From the NCBI GenBank assembly GCA_965198005.1, contig CBDAOI010000004.1:192001-256000 (forward strand): DNA of 64,000 nt, given 5' to 3'. Shown here one piece after another: positions 1 to 9,910 of the stretch (its first letter is position 1; each line of letters begins with the position of its first letter). The stretch is from Spirochaetia bacterium. GTDB taxonomy: Bacteria > Spirochaetota > Spirochaetia > SZUA-6 > Bin103. The notes under the pieces are model-generated. The model searched no databases. It was given only the letters and a program-made list of their open reading frames with translations, and had not been told where the DNA came from. The translations under genes were made by a program, and so were the position numbers.

Positions 1-1102
1 CTGGAGGAACCTGGTCGGCACCGGACCCATGATGCTGACTGACTGGACCGCGGGCAGCTCTATAACATGGACCAAGAATCCTGACTACCGGGGCTACGAC
101 GAAAAATACCCGGAGAACCGCCTGCCCTATATTGACCAGTTAAGAGCCCTGATTATGCCAGAAGTGGCAACACAGCTGGCGGCACTGCGCACGGGTACGG
201 TTGATTACATGGGTCGGTTGGGGGCAGCTCAAATAAGGAATGTCGACCAGGTAGAGAGCCTCGAGCGGACCAACCCCGAACTCGAAATGTGGCCGTCTGG
301 CAACCAGTCGGATAATGGTTTTGCTATGAACATTCAGAAGCCGCCCTTTGACGACATCAGGGTGCGCAAGGCAATGCAGATGGCACTGGACCTCGAGACA
401 TTTAGCAATAGCTTCTTTAAGGGTTATGCAGATCCGATACCTCAGGGACGGTTGGGCCGTTTTATGACAGAGGTTGCCACCCAATTTGAAGATTGGCCCG
501 AAGAGGTCAAGAAAGGCTATATGTATGACCCGGAAGGTGCCGAAGCGTTGCTTGATGCGGCTGGGCTTCCGCGCGGCGCCGACGGGATTAGATTCAAGAC
601 CGTGTTGACCCACCTCGAGCGGTACGATCCGAGCTTTGCAGAATTAGCCGCTTCATACTGGGCTGCGATTGGCGTTGATGTCGAGGTTCAGGTAACGCCG
701 TTAGCTCCATTTGTCGCTGCAAGAAGAAATCGGACTCATGAAATGATGAGTACCGAACCGGGGAAGAACCGTCCAAATGCTAATGCATTGGCGGAATTGA
801 ATTACTTTCATCCGGATACTGCAGGGAACAGCGCCAACGTCAACGACGCGACTTTTGTCGCCATGTTTGAAGCCGCCGCAGCCGCTACCACCTGGGAGGA
901 GAGGAACAGGCTTAGTAAAGAGATGAATATGTACGCGATAGAGCGGTTCTGGGGGATATATGGTCCTATGGCCCTACAGTTTTCGGCGACCCAGCCGTGG
1001 CTGATCGGTTATAACGGTGAAACAAGTTGGCCTTCTTTAGGCAACCTGGTCTTCACCCGCCTCTGGATTGACAGTGAGCTGAAGGAAGCCATGGGTCGCT
1101 AG
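1..1102 (+). CDS. ABC transporter substrate-binding protein, family 5 (Opp/Dpp type), 5'-truncated by window edge
   Basis: Open frame from base 2 (WRNLVGTGPM...); motifs NRLPYID, PFDDIRVRKAMQMALD, YDPEGAEALLDAAG, C-terminal RLWIDSELKEAMGR. Confidence 0.92.
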   Translation, partial: WRNLVGTGPMMLTDWTAGSSITWTKNPDYRGYDEKYPENRLPYIDQLRALIMPEVATQLAALRTGTVDYMGRLGAAQIRNVDQVESLERTNPELEMWPSGNQSDNGFAMNIQKPPFDDIRVRKAMQMALDLETFSNSFFKGYADPIPQGRLGRFMTEVATQFEDWPEEVKKGYMYDPEGAEALLDAAGLPRGADGIRFKTVLTHLERYDPSFAELAASYWAAIGVDVEVQVTPLAPFVAARRNRTHEMMSTEPGKNRPNANALAELNYFHPDTAGNSANVNDATFVAMFEAAAAATTWEERNRLSKEMNMYAIERFWGIYGPMALQFSATQPWLIGYNGETSWPSLGNLVFTRLWIDSELKEAMGR

Positions 1103-1197
1103 AAGGAGCGACTCCCCGCTGGCCACGCAAGAAAGGGGGCTGGGGGTTGCGCTTCCGAGCGCGCTCCCGGCCCTCACTCATTGAATAGGGTGTCCCC

Positions 1198-2163
1198 GTG
1201 AGAGCCTATGTCGTCAGGCGATTATTGCTGATCCTGCCCACGCTGTTCATCTTGAGCATCCTGGTCTTCCTCTCGGTGCGCTTCATCCCCGGCGATGTAA
1301 TAGACGTAATGCTGGGTAGGATGGAAATGTTCGCAGGCGCTTTTGAGGACATTGACCGTGAAGCTCTTGAGCATCAGCTGGGATTAGACGTGCCTGTCCA
1401 CGTGCAGTATGGACGCTGGATAGGAAATATTTTGCGGCACGGCAGCCTTGGCGAATCACTCCTTGGCGGTTACGCGATAGAGGAAAGGATATTAGATAGA
1501 CTGCCGGTAACCATTGAGCTCGGTTTGATGGCAATCCTCATCGGGCTGGTGATTGCGTTGCCCGTGGGCATCTACTCGGCGATTCGCCAGGATACGGCCG
1601 CCGACTTCCTGGGGCGCTCGGTCGCCATCATCGGCCTGGCCACGCCTAACTTCTGGCTCGGCATCATGGTCATGATCTACCCAGCCATCTGGTGGGGCTG
1701 GGCGCCACCGCTGGAGCTGGTTTCCTTCACCGCAGACCCGCTCGGGAATCTCTGGGGGTTCCTGATCCCGAGCCTGATTCTGGGAACGGCCTCGGCGGCC
1801 GCCACCATGCGGATGACGCGCACCATGATGCTGGAGGTGCTCCGGCAGGACTATATCCGGACCGCCTGGTCCAAGGGGCTGAAGGAGCGGGCCGTGGTGA
1901 TCCGACACGCCGTCAAGAATGCCCTCATCCCGGTGGTGTCCCTGATTGGCCTACAGTTGCCGATTCTGGTGGGGGGCGCCGTGATCATGGAGAACATCTT
2001 CAACCTGCCGGGGCTCGGGCGCCTCCTGCTGACTGCCCTCACTGACAGAGACTACCCGATGGTCTCCGGCATCAACCTGTTCTTCGCCACTGGGGTAGTG
2101 GTGATCAATCTGCTCATCGACCTGGTCTACGCGGTCCTGGACCCCAGGGTCCGCTATGACTGA
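1198..2163 (+). CDS. Peptide/nickel ABC transporter permease (DppB/OppB type)
   Basis: Hydrophobic helices; EAA-loop region MLEVLRQDYIRTAWSKGL; ends LDPRVRYD. Confidence 0.93.
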   Translation: MRAYVVRRLLLILPTLFILSILVFLSVRFIPGDVIDVMLGRMEMFAGAFEDIDREALEHQLGLDVPVHVQYGRWIGNILRHGSLGESLLGGYAIEERILDRLPVTIELGLMAILIGLVIALPVGIYSAIRQDTAADFLGRSVAIIGLATPNFWLGIMVMIYPAIWWGWAPPLELVSFTADPLGNLWGFLIPSLILGTASAAATMRMTRTMMLEVLRQDYIRTAWSKGLKERAVVIRHAVKNALIPVVSLIGLQLPILVGGAVIMENIFNLPGLGRLLLTALTDRDYPMVSGINLFFATGVVVINLLIDLVYAVLDPRVRYD

Positions 2164-2620
2164 GTTCTTGCGCCGGCTGGTCAAGGAGAAGCCGCTGAGC
2201 ATCATCGCCGGGGTCGTCATCCTGCTGTTGATTCTCGTGGCGATCTTTGCCGATGTTCTGGCGCCTTTTCCGCATGATGAAGTAAACATCGTAGACCGGA
2301 TGCAGGCGCCCTCGGTCAGTGAGATCTGAGCCCTGGGTGCCGCTGCCGCCAGCTCGGTCTAAGGAAGCCCCGACGTTGATGGTGAACACGATGATGATCG
2401 GAGCGCCGATATTGGGCAGGACGTGGCGGATGAGGGTGCGCCACCTGGTGCTGCCGATCGCCTCTGCCGCCTGGAAATAGACGTTCTCCTTTACCCCAAT
2501 AACCGCGCCGCGGATTACCCTAGAGCCGCCGATGCCACCGGTGACGCCCGCGGTGCGGGATCTGCTCGACCCGCGGTTGCGGGGCGGTGGCGCCATCCCT
2601 GGCGCCCAGGTGGCATGTAG
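2156..2620 (+). pseudogene. Scrambled DppC/OppC-type permease: N-terminus on +, middle segment inverted, C-terminus on +
   Basis: 2156-2328 + MTEFLRRLVKEKPL...; ~2362-2545 - GGSRVIRGAVIGVKENVYFQAAEAIGS...; ~2549-2620 + DLLDPRLRGGG. Confidence 0.85.
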
Positions 2621-2973
2621 CTCCCGGGGTTCGACGGATCGATGACGAAGCCTGTGGCCGGTTGGCGGTGACGCGACCGGTGGATCATCCCCCCCTCCCC
2701 CCCCGGGGGGGCGCGTGACCGAGTACCCAAGCAACCGATAACTCCGGACCGCTCGTCGAGCCGCATCTATCACCCGTTCGCCATCAGCGCCGCTGACGAC
2801 TTGGCGGCTCCGTTCGACCTCCACACCCATCGCACCACGGTGCTGCGCGGCACCGTGCGCGCCGAGCCGTGGCCCGACCATCATCAGCATGCCACACCCG
2901 CCGGAGTTTCCGGCCAAAGAAAACACGGGTACCGGGACGCAGTCCCGATCCCGAAAACGAGGAGGAGTACATT

Positions 2974-4001
2974 ATGACTCCAAGACTCATGTTGCTGCCG
3001 CTGGCGCTCGCGCTGGTGGCTACCATTACGTTCGCCAGCGGCGAAAGCGACACCGCAGCCGCGGCCGAGAAGGAGATGGTGCTCGACCCGACCACCGGCG
3101 AGATGGTCACCGCGCCCGAGTATGGCGGCACGATCAGAGCGGTCGTGAACTTCAAGAACGAGGGAATCGACCCCTACTACCGCTACACCGCGGGGGCCTG
3201 GATCGGGCTGGTCAACGAGAAGCTCGGCGTCGCCGACTGGGCGATCGACCGGAGCGTGGTCGGTTATACCACGCTATTCCTGCCCGATGAGGCCATCACC
3301 GGACAACTGGCCGAGAGCTGGGAGAACCCGGATCCGCTTACCTACGTGTTCAAGATCCGCGACGGCGTGTTCTGGCACGACAAGGCACCGGTGAACGGCC
3401 GGCAGCTCACCGCGCACGACGTCGAGTACAGCTGGCAGCGGCTCGTCTGGGGTGTGGACGGCGGCGAGCCGAGCCCGGATGTCGGGGGGTCTGAAGTCGG
3501 CACGATACGACCCGACCGCCATCACCTCACTGATGCGCTCCGGACAGGCGGACTTCATCGGGTTCGGGCTCAACTCCCATCTGACCAGTGTCGACTCGGC
3601 GGTCAATCTGCAGAAGACCAATCCCGACCTGGTGCTGCACCCGTATGCCTACCGTTCGGAAACGGCGATCGGTTTCAACGTCCAGAAGGAGCCCTGGAGC
3701 GACATCCGCGTGCGCCAAGCCTTGACCCTGGCCATCGACCAAGAGGCCATCGCCGAGAACTACCAGCAGGGTTGGGGCGATGCAAGCCCGGTCGGCCCTG
3801 TTGGCAAAGCGGTCCTCGGGTATACGGTTCCGTTCGAGGAATGGCCCGACGAGGTCAAGCAGTACTATCGGTACGACCCCGAGGAGGCGGAGAGGTTGCT
3901 CGACGAGGCCGGTTATCCGCGCGGCGACGACGGCGTTCGCTTCAGTTGTCCTCATGTACCTGTGGGTGGACCAGGATATGAAGCGGGAGATGGGCTTCTG
4001 A
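2974..4001 (+). pseudogene. Family-5 substrate-binding protein with internal deletions and frameshifts
   Basis: RBS GGAGGAG; signal peptide and EKEMVLDPTTGEMV motif; frame change near 3490; terminal LWVDQDMKREMGF in a third frame; ~1 kb versus 1.78 kb for the intact paralogue. Confidence 0.88.
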
Positions 4002-4019
4002 GCACAGCGTAAGCCCGCC

Positions 4020-4047
4020 GAGGAGCCCGCCTCCGGGCGGGCTCCTC
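4020..4047 (+). terminator. GC-rich stem-loop after SBP gene
   Basis: GAGGAGCCCGCC-TCCG-GGCGGGCTCCTC, perfect 12-bp stem; related hairpins at ~5514-5535 and 14295-14316. Confidence 0.65.
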
Positions 4048-4156
4048 GCTCCAACCGCCGAGACACGACACCGTCAACCAGCCGCCGGCAGTCTCGCCCG
4101 CGCTCAGCGCTCGACACTACGCTGTGGTATGCTCTGTGTGGAATGGAGGATAGCCC

Positions 4157-4250
4157 ATGGCCAGCCCGCTACCCGCTCCCGCCAAGGTTCCACTACCCCT
4201 CATCCGACGGCCGGCCGATGGCGGAAAGCGACTTCCAGCGCACGCCGCTA
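4157..4250 (+). pseudogene. Uma2 (DUF820) family endonuclease N-terminal remnant
   Basis: RBS GGAGG; after a frameshift reads YPSSDGRPMAESDFQRTPL, typical of Uma2 N-termini. Confidence 0.55.
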
Positions 4251-4349
4251 CGGCAGCCCGCGCAGCCGCGGAAGCACGGGTGGCCGGGTGCTGCATCATG
4301 AGTCACGACGCGAGGGCAGCGGGCCGATTCTACGAAAGAGTGGGCATCC

Positions 4350-4633
4350 GTGATTCCCACCGTGTACATTGAGACGACGGTTGTCAGCTACCTTGCGGCG
4401 CGATCTTCGCGCGATCTCGTGATCGCTGCGTATCAAGAAATAACGCGAGAGTGGTGGCGTGATGCCCCATCGCCGTAACGCACGGCATCGACTATCTGGT
4501 ACCGTGGAATTTCCGGCATCTTGCTAACGCAACCATGCGGTCCCGGATCGAACAGGTTTGTCGAGATGCGGGTTACGAGCCAACAATCATCTGTACACCA
4601 AACGAACTCATGGAGGATGATGATGAAGAGTGA
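4350..4633 (+). pseudogene. PIN-domain toxin with central deletion
   Basis: VYIETTVVSYLAARSSRDLVIAA...ITREWW, then in another frame IAVTHGIDYLVPWNFRHLAN...ICTPNELM. Confidence 0.75.
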
Positions 4634-4814
4634 GAGTGATCCCATAGTCGCCGAAGTGCGGGCGGCGCGTGCGAAGTATGCTGCCGAGTTCGGCTACGAC
4701 GTCAAAGCTATTTTCGAGGACATTCGATCCCGGAAACAGGCCACCGGTCGCACCTATGTGCGATATCCGGCTCGTCGTTTGGCAGCAACCACTCGACTAG
4801 CGTCAAACGAATAG
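4623..4814 (+). CDS. Small putative antitoxin partner of the PIN gene
   Basis: DPIVAEVRAARAKYAAEFGYDVKAIFEDIR; overlaps the PIN stop codon. Confidence 0.6.
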   Translation: MKSESDPIVAEVRAARAKYAAEFGYDVKAIFEDIRSRKQATGRTYVRYPARRLAATTRLASNE

Positions 4815-5059
4815 GGACCGATGGAGCGCGAGTTGATGGTGGTAACCGGCCACGACGGCACGCGCTTCGTCGATCTGCTCAGCGAGTAACGTGGCGCTGA
4901 CGCTGGTGGTGTACGGCCGGTGGGCGCGGTCAGCGACGTGGTCGTGCTGCTGCTGTTCCTGCTGAGCTGCACACGGTAGACGTCATGCTCACGAGTGCGA
5001 CGAGCGCGTGGGTCACTGTGGATTGCGGACGTTTCAACACCCACGGCGCTGGGTACGCA

Positions 5060-5155
5060 CGGTTGGTCGCCTTATCGTCGACTCCGATAATCAAGTCGAC
5101 GTCGCTGCCGACGCCCCAGTCCCCGCGCGCGTACGAGCCGAAGTATCCGACTCTT
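5060..5155 (-). pseudogene. Minimal nucleotidyltransferase (MNT) fragment
   Basis: Reverse strand reads [23 protein letters not shown] (GS...DxD motif). Confidence 0.7.
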
Positions 5156-5188
5156 CGGGGCGGGAAGTGAGGTTACTACATTCCCCGG

Positions 5189-5293
5189 TCAGGAGTGCAC
5201 CTGCTTGCGATGTTTCCGAATCACCGGCGCCAAAGCTCGAAGAGCTTCATTTACAGCCGTTCCGTCGGTGAACACGTCGAGGAGATCGGGATC
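5189..5293 (-). pseudogene. Antitoxin-like C-terminal fragment
   Basis: DPDLLDVFTDGTAVNEALRAL resembles small BrnT-associated antitoxin tails. Confidence 0.45.
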
Positions 5294-5299
5294 GTGGGC

Positions 5300-5489
5300 G
5301 CGAAAGGCCGACCTGCGCATCGCCGAGGGGATATGGGTGATACGGGGGCCGAGAGCTCCCCTGTTCAATGTCGGCCAGCCATGGCTCAAGGGCTACAACG
5401 GGGAAGGTGATCTGGGCGATCTTCAGAGAATGCCGATCTACGCCCGCCTCTGGATCGACCAGGATCTGAAGCGCGAGATGGGATCCTGA
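5300..5489 (+). pseudogene. Family-5 SBP C-terminal remnant
   Basis: FNVGQPWLKGYNGE...ARLWIDQDLKREMGS, homologous to the ends of the other SBPs. Confidence 0.85.
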
Positions 5490-5653
5490 GAGCGAAATGC
5501 CGTAGCCAGCAAGGGGCCCGCCTTTGGGCCGGCTCACTGAATAAAATTGACCCGTAGACGCGAGCTGGGGGTCGGGCGCCTTCCAGGCGCGCGCCCTCCA
5601 GTTCATTTGTGCCAGGGGGAGTAACAGCAAGAAATGACAGTTCTTCCGTCGAC

Positions 5654-6619
5654 ATGAGAGCGTACGTCATCCGCCGCGTCCCGCTGCTGATCCCCACCTT
5701 CTTCCTGCTGACGATTCTGGTGTTCCTGTCGGTGCGGTTCATACCAGGGGATGCCATAGACACGCTTCTGTACCGGATGGAGGATGGGGCCGGCGGCGGG
5801 GACCACATCGACCGGGCGGAGCTCGAGCGGCGGCTGGGGCTCGACGTGCCGGTGCCGGTGCAGTATGGCCGCTGGATGGGCGGCATAATCTTGCGCGGCG
5901 ATCTGGGCAAGCCTCTGTTGAAGGCGGAGCCGGTCGGTCAACTGATCGCCGGGCGGCTGCCGACCACCATCGAGTTGGGCGTGGTGGTGCTGGTCGTAGG
6001 GATGCTGATCGGCGTGCCGATCGGCATCTACTCGGCGGTGCGGCAAGACACGGTGGGCGACTACGTCGGTCGCTCCTTCGCCATCTTCGGCCTGGCGACG
6101 CCCAACTTCTGGCTGGCCACCATCATCCTCATCTTCCCGGCGATCTGGTGGGGTTGGTCGCCGCCGCTGCGGCTGGTGCGCCTGAGCGACGACTTCGTCG
6201 GCCACTTCGGCATCTTCATCGTGCCGGGTCTGATGCTCGGCACCTACCTGGCGGCCAGTACCATGCGCATGACCCGCACCATGATGCTGGAGGTGCTCCG
6301 GCAGGACTACATTCGCACCGCGTGGGCAAAGGGGCTGCGCGAGCGCCTGGTCATCCTCCGCCACGTCATCAAGAACGCGCTGATTCCGGTGGTGACGCTG
6401 GTGGGGCTGCAAGTGCCTATCTTGGTCGGGGGCGCGGTCATCATGGAGCAGATGTTCGCCATCCCCGGCCTGGGACGCCTGATGATCGGTGCCCTGATCG
6501 ACCGCGACTACCCGTTGATCTCGGGGATCAACCTGTTCTTCGCCGGCGCGGTCATGGTCATCAACCTGCTGGTCGACGTGCTGTACGCCTACCTGGACCC
6601 GCGCGTCCAGTACGGGTGA
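5654..6619 (+). CDS. Peptide ABC transporter permease (DppB/OppB type)
   Basis: MRAYVIRR start; paralogue of 1198-2163. Confidence 0.92.
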   Translation: MRAYVIRRVPLLIPTFFLLTILVFLSVRFIPGDAIDTLLYRMEDGAGGGDHIDRAELERRLGLDVPVPVQYGRWMGGIILRGDLGKPLLKAEPVGQLIAGRLPTTIELGVVVLVVGMLIGVPIGIYSAVRQDTVGDYVGRSFAIFGLATPNFWLATIILIFPAIWWGWSPPLRLVRLSDDFVGHFGIFIVPGLMLGTYLAASTMRMTRTMMLEVLRQDYIRTAWAKGLRERLVILRHVIKNALIPVVTLVGLQVPILVGGAVIMEQMFAIPGLGRLMIGALIDRDYPLISGINLFFAGAVMVINLLVDVLYAYLDPRVQYG

Positions 6620-6788
6620 GGGGACACGACCGCTGCGTGACATGGAAGACGATGAAATCGAAACACTTGCGTTGCCCGCTGGCCGGCACCTTCGGACCAG
6701 GGCACGGTTACTCCGTGACACGGACGACGACGACAACGACGCACGCGGCCGGGCACGGCGGCCTGCACGTTCGGACCGGGAGACCGCT

Positions 6789-7803
6789 ATGGGTGAGGTG
6801 ACCGTGCGGCAGGCGCTACCGGCGCAGGGGGCGAAGCGGGCGAAGGGGCAGTCGTTCCTGCGCGACCTGCTGCGCCGGCTGATACGGGAGCGGCCGGTGG
6901 GCGCGGTCAGCGCCGCGATCGTGCTGCTGCTGTGCTAGCTAGCTAGCTAGCTAGCTAGCTAGCTAGCTAGTCGCCATCTTCGCCGACCTCCTGGCGCCGT
7001 TCCACTTCATGGACATGACCATGATCGACAGGCTCAAGGGGCCGTCGAGCACCTACCCGCTGGGCACCGACCACATCGGCCGCGACCTCTTCAGCCGCCT
7101 GCTGTACGGCGCGCGGGTGTCGCTCGGGGTGGGGTTCGCCGCCACCACCCTGAGCGTGGTGGTGTCGCTGCTGATCGGCGGGGTGGCGGGGTTCGTGGGC
7201 GGCAAGCTCGACCTGGCGGTGCAGCGCTTCGTCGACGCCTGGATGTCGTTCCCGGGCCTGCTGCTGCTGCTGACGGTCATGACCATCATCGGCCAGGGCA
7301 TCCCGCAGATCATCGGCATGCTGGGGCTGGCCTCCGGGGTGGCCAACTCGCGGGTGGTGCGCGGGGCGGTGATCGGCATCAAGGGCAACCCGTACTTCGA
7401 GGCGGCGCATGCGATCGGCAGCCCGTCGTGGCGGACGCTGCTGCGCCACGTGTGGCCGAACATCACGGCGCCGATCATCATCATCTACTCGATCACCATC
7501 GGCTGGGCGATCATCGCGGAGGCGTCTTTGAGCTTTCTGGGGTTCGGGCTGCCGCCGGACGTGCCGAGCTGGGGGACGATGCTGAGCCGTGAGGGGCGGC
7601 AGTACATGGAGATGGCGCCGCGGCTGGCGATGTGGCCGGGGGTGGCGCTGACGCTGGTGGTGTACAGCCTGAACATGGTGGGCGACGCGCTGCGCGACCT
7701 GCTCGACCCGCGGCTGCGCGGCGGCGGCGCGGTGGCCGGCGGCGGCGGGGTAGGCGCCCGCGCCGCCGAGCGCGCAACGAAGGCGCTGCAGAAGCTGATT
7801 TAA
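6789..7803 (+). pseudogene. DppC/OppC-type permease interrupted by (CTAG)9
   Basis: N-terminus ...RERPVGAVSAAIVLLLC then TAG; frame resumes VAIFADLLAPF...YPLGTDHIGRD...GDALRDLLDPR. Confidence 0.88.
6935..6970. repeat. Perfect tetranucleotide microsatellite (CTAG)x9
   Basis: Read directly: 36 nt, self-complementary, stop codons in all six frames. Confidence 0.97.
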
Positions 7804-7879
7804 TATAAAGAAATGAGGGGTCCGAGCGAATCCTTCTAACTCACCGCCGGCCCGTGTGTTATGGATCTCGGTTTACGGT

Positions 7880-7990
7880 CGTGAGACGAGTTCTGTAGCT
7901 AGGCCAGAACGCTGTTGCTCGTACCAGCGCACCGCCGCAGCGAACTCTTCGCGAGCAGCCGCGAGGTTCCGAACGCGTCGGCTCACCTGC
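7880..7990 (-). pseudogene. RelE/ParE-like toxin N-terminal remnant
   Basis: Reverse strand AAREEFAAAVRWYEQQRSGLATEL. Confidence 0.55.
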
Positions 7991-8203
7991 CAAGGATGCC
8001 GCGCTCGATCCTGCGCCTGGTGTCATCCCAAGACTCAAGTTCGGCGGAGCCTGACGAGACCGCACAGTACCGCGAGGCACGTTAGTTCACTGCCGGCCCC
8101 TCGCCTACTCTCAAGGTATGCCTGCAATCGCAGGTAACCGCCGATTCTTTGCCGCGAGGACCGTCGCAGCGGCCACCTCCCGGGGCGCACGGGCGGGACT
8201 GCT

Positions 8204-8440
8204 ATCTCGCCCGCCGACGGTCCTGTCGTCGTCACCGGCGCGAGCGGGTATATCGGCTCCTGGATCGTCTACGATCTGATGGCGCAAGGCTACCGCGTCC
8301 ATGCCTGCGTCCGGGATTTGAACAATGCTGCGAAGGTCGACCATCTGACCGCGCTCAACAACGATCGCGACCTTCGTGGCGAGGTCGAGCTGTTTCGTGG
8401 CGAGCTGTTCGAGCGCGGCAGCTACGACGACGCGTTCTGG
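8204..8440 (+). pseudogene. NAD-dependent epimerase/dehydratase N-terminal fragment
   Basis: PVVVTGASGYIGSWIVYDLMAQGYRVHACVRD Rossmann motif; truncated after ~80 aa. Confidence 0.75.
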
Positions 8441-8493
8441 CCGCAGCGCGGCGTGCTTGCGCCATGAACCACTCCGTGGTTATAGTATGAACC

Positions 8494-8748
8494 ATGAAGT
8501 CAATCACGATTCATAAGCTCGACGACGACCTCGCCGGCGAGCTGGAACGACATGCTCGGCGTGAAGGAGTGTCGATCAACCGGATGGTAAAGCGACTGCT
8601 GCGTGCATCGCTCGGTCTTGAGAAACCCGCCGCGGTCGATCGGCGGGCAGATTTCGAGGACCTGTTTGGCGGCTGGTCCGAGGAAGAAGAGCGACGGTTC
8701 AAAGACCGGCTGGCGGATCTGGAACACGTAGCTCCCGACGAATGGTAG
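8494..8748 (+). CDS. Ribbon-helix-helix antitoxin (FitA/VapB-like)
   Basis: MKSITIHKLDDDL...GVSINRMVKRLL; directly upstream of a PIN gene. Confidence 0.8.
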   Translation: MKSITIHKLDDDLAGELERHARREGVSINRMVKRLLRASLGLEKPAAVDRRADFEDLFGGWSEEEERRFKDRLADLEHVAPDEW

Positions 8749-8754
8749 TATCCC

Positions 8755-9156
8755 ATGAAATCGATCATGCTTGACACCAACGCCTACAGTGCCTACCGCC
8801 GCGGAAACTCGGACGTGCTGGAAGCGCTTGGCAAGGCCGAGAGGGTGTACATGTCGGTGTTCGTTCTGGGCAAGCTTCTGTACGGCTTCCGTGGCGGAAA
8901 TCGATATGTCCGGAACCGGCGCGAGCTCAGTTCCTTTCTCGACAAGCCGTCGGTGTTCGTGGCCACCGCTACCGAAGAAACGTCCGAGCAGTTCGCGGTA
9001 ACCAAGGAGGCCCTCCGCCAAGCCGGCACGCCGCTGCCCATGAATGACGTGTGGATCGCAGCTCATTGTCTTCAGTTGGGCGCCACCATCGTCACGCTCG
9101 ACGGACACTTCAGCACCGTTCCGGGGCTGCGCGTCTGGCCGCCGGCCGCCTCATGA
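8755..9156 (+). CDS. vapC: VapC-family PIN toxin
   Basis: MLDTNAY, PMNDVWIAA, TLDGHF motifs. Confidence 0.85.
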   Translation: MKSIMLDTNAYSAYRRGNSDVLEALGKAERVYMSVFVLGKLLYGFRGGNRYVRNRRELSSFLDKPSVFVATATEETSEQFAVTKEALRQAGTPLPMNDVWIAAHCLQLGATIVTLDGHFSTVPGLRVWPPAAS

Positions 9157-9654
9157 GGGCCGGCAGCCACGCGCTCGCCGCGGCAGAGCGCGCCCGACTG
9201 CCCGGTCGTGCTGAATCGCCACCCGCGCCCCGGCGATACCCGGCGCCGATTCTGGCAATTGGCGCCCTCGGCGGGCCGTCATTCGCCGGCGATTGACTGC
9301 CTGGGTGTTGGCACACTCGCTGCGCACCGATCGTCGCAGCTTTCGTCATCTGCAGCTCCGGTACTGAAGATCGCCTGCAGGCATGTATCGACGGGGCAGC
9401 AAAGATTCGTCAAGAACCGACATTACGCATTCCTGACAATCGTATGTCGCGCTTGTATGGTTGATGGCGTGGAGTGGTGGGGTCCGGTCACCGCAATATC
9501 GGGTGCAGCAGTAGCGGTAGTGGCGATTGCGGCCGCAATCACCAGACCATTCAAGAGCATCCGGGATGAAGCTCGGCAGGCCCATGCCCTGATCGGGGAG
9601 AACATCAATGCCGTGCGCACCGACTTGGCCGCCAAGATCGACGGCGTGCGCACC

Positions 9655-9910
9655 GCAGGATGACGAGCCCGGCGATGATGCTCAGTGGCTTCTCCTTGAC
9701 CAGCCTCGCAAGGAAATCAGTCATAGCGAACCCTGGGGTCCAAGACAGCGTAGATCAGATCGATCATAAGATTGATCCCCACCACCCCAGTGGCGAAGAA
9801 CAGGTTGATTCCGGAGACCACGGCGCCCCCGACGAGGATCGGCAACTGCAGGCCGATCAGGGACACCACCGGGATCAGGGCATTCTTGACGGCGTGTCGG
9901 ATCACGACCG
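9655..9910 (-). pseudogene. Inverted remnant of a dppB 3' end / dppC 5' start
   Basis: VIRHAVKNALIPVVSLIGLQLPILVGGAV joined to VSGINLFF...LDPRVRYD (~29 codons deleted), then MTDFLARLVKEKPL; highly similar to 1896-2225. Confidence 0.85.

Noticed and set aside
2640-2960. Riboswitch or ncRNA upstream of the SBP pseudogene
   Set aside because: GC-rich hairpins and a C-tract are present, but no recognisable aptamer consensus
6935-6970. Phase-variation switch
   Set aside because: An in-frame TAG occurs at the first unit regardless of copy number
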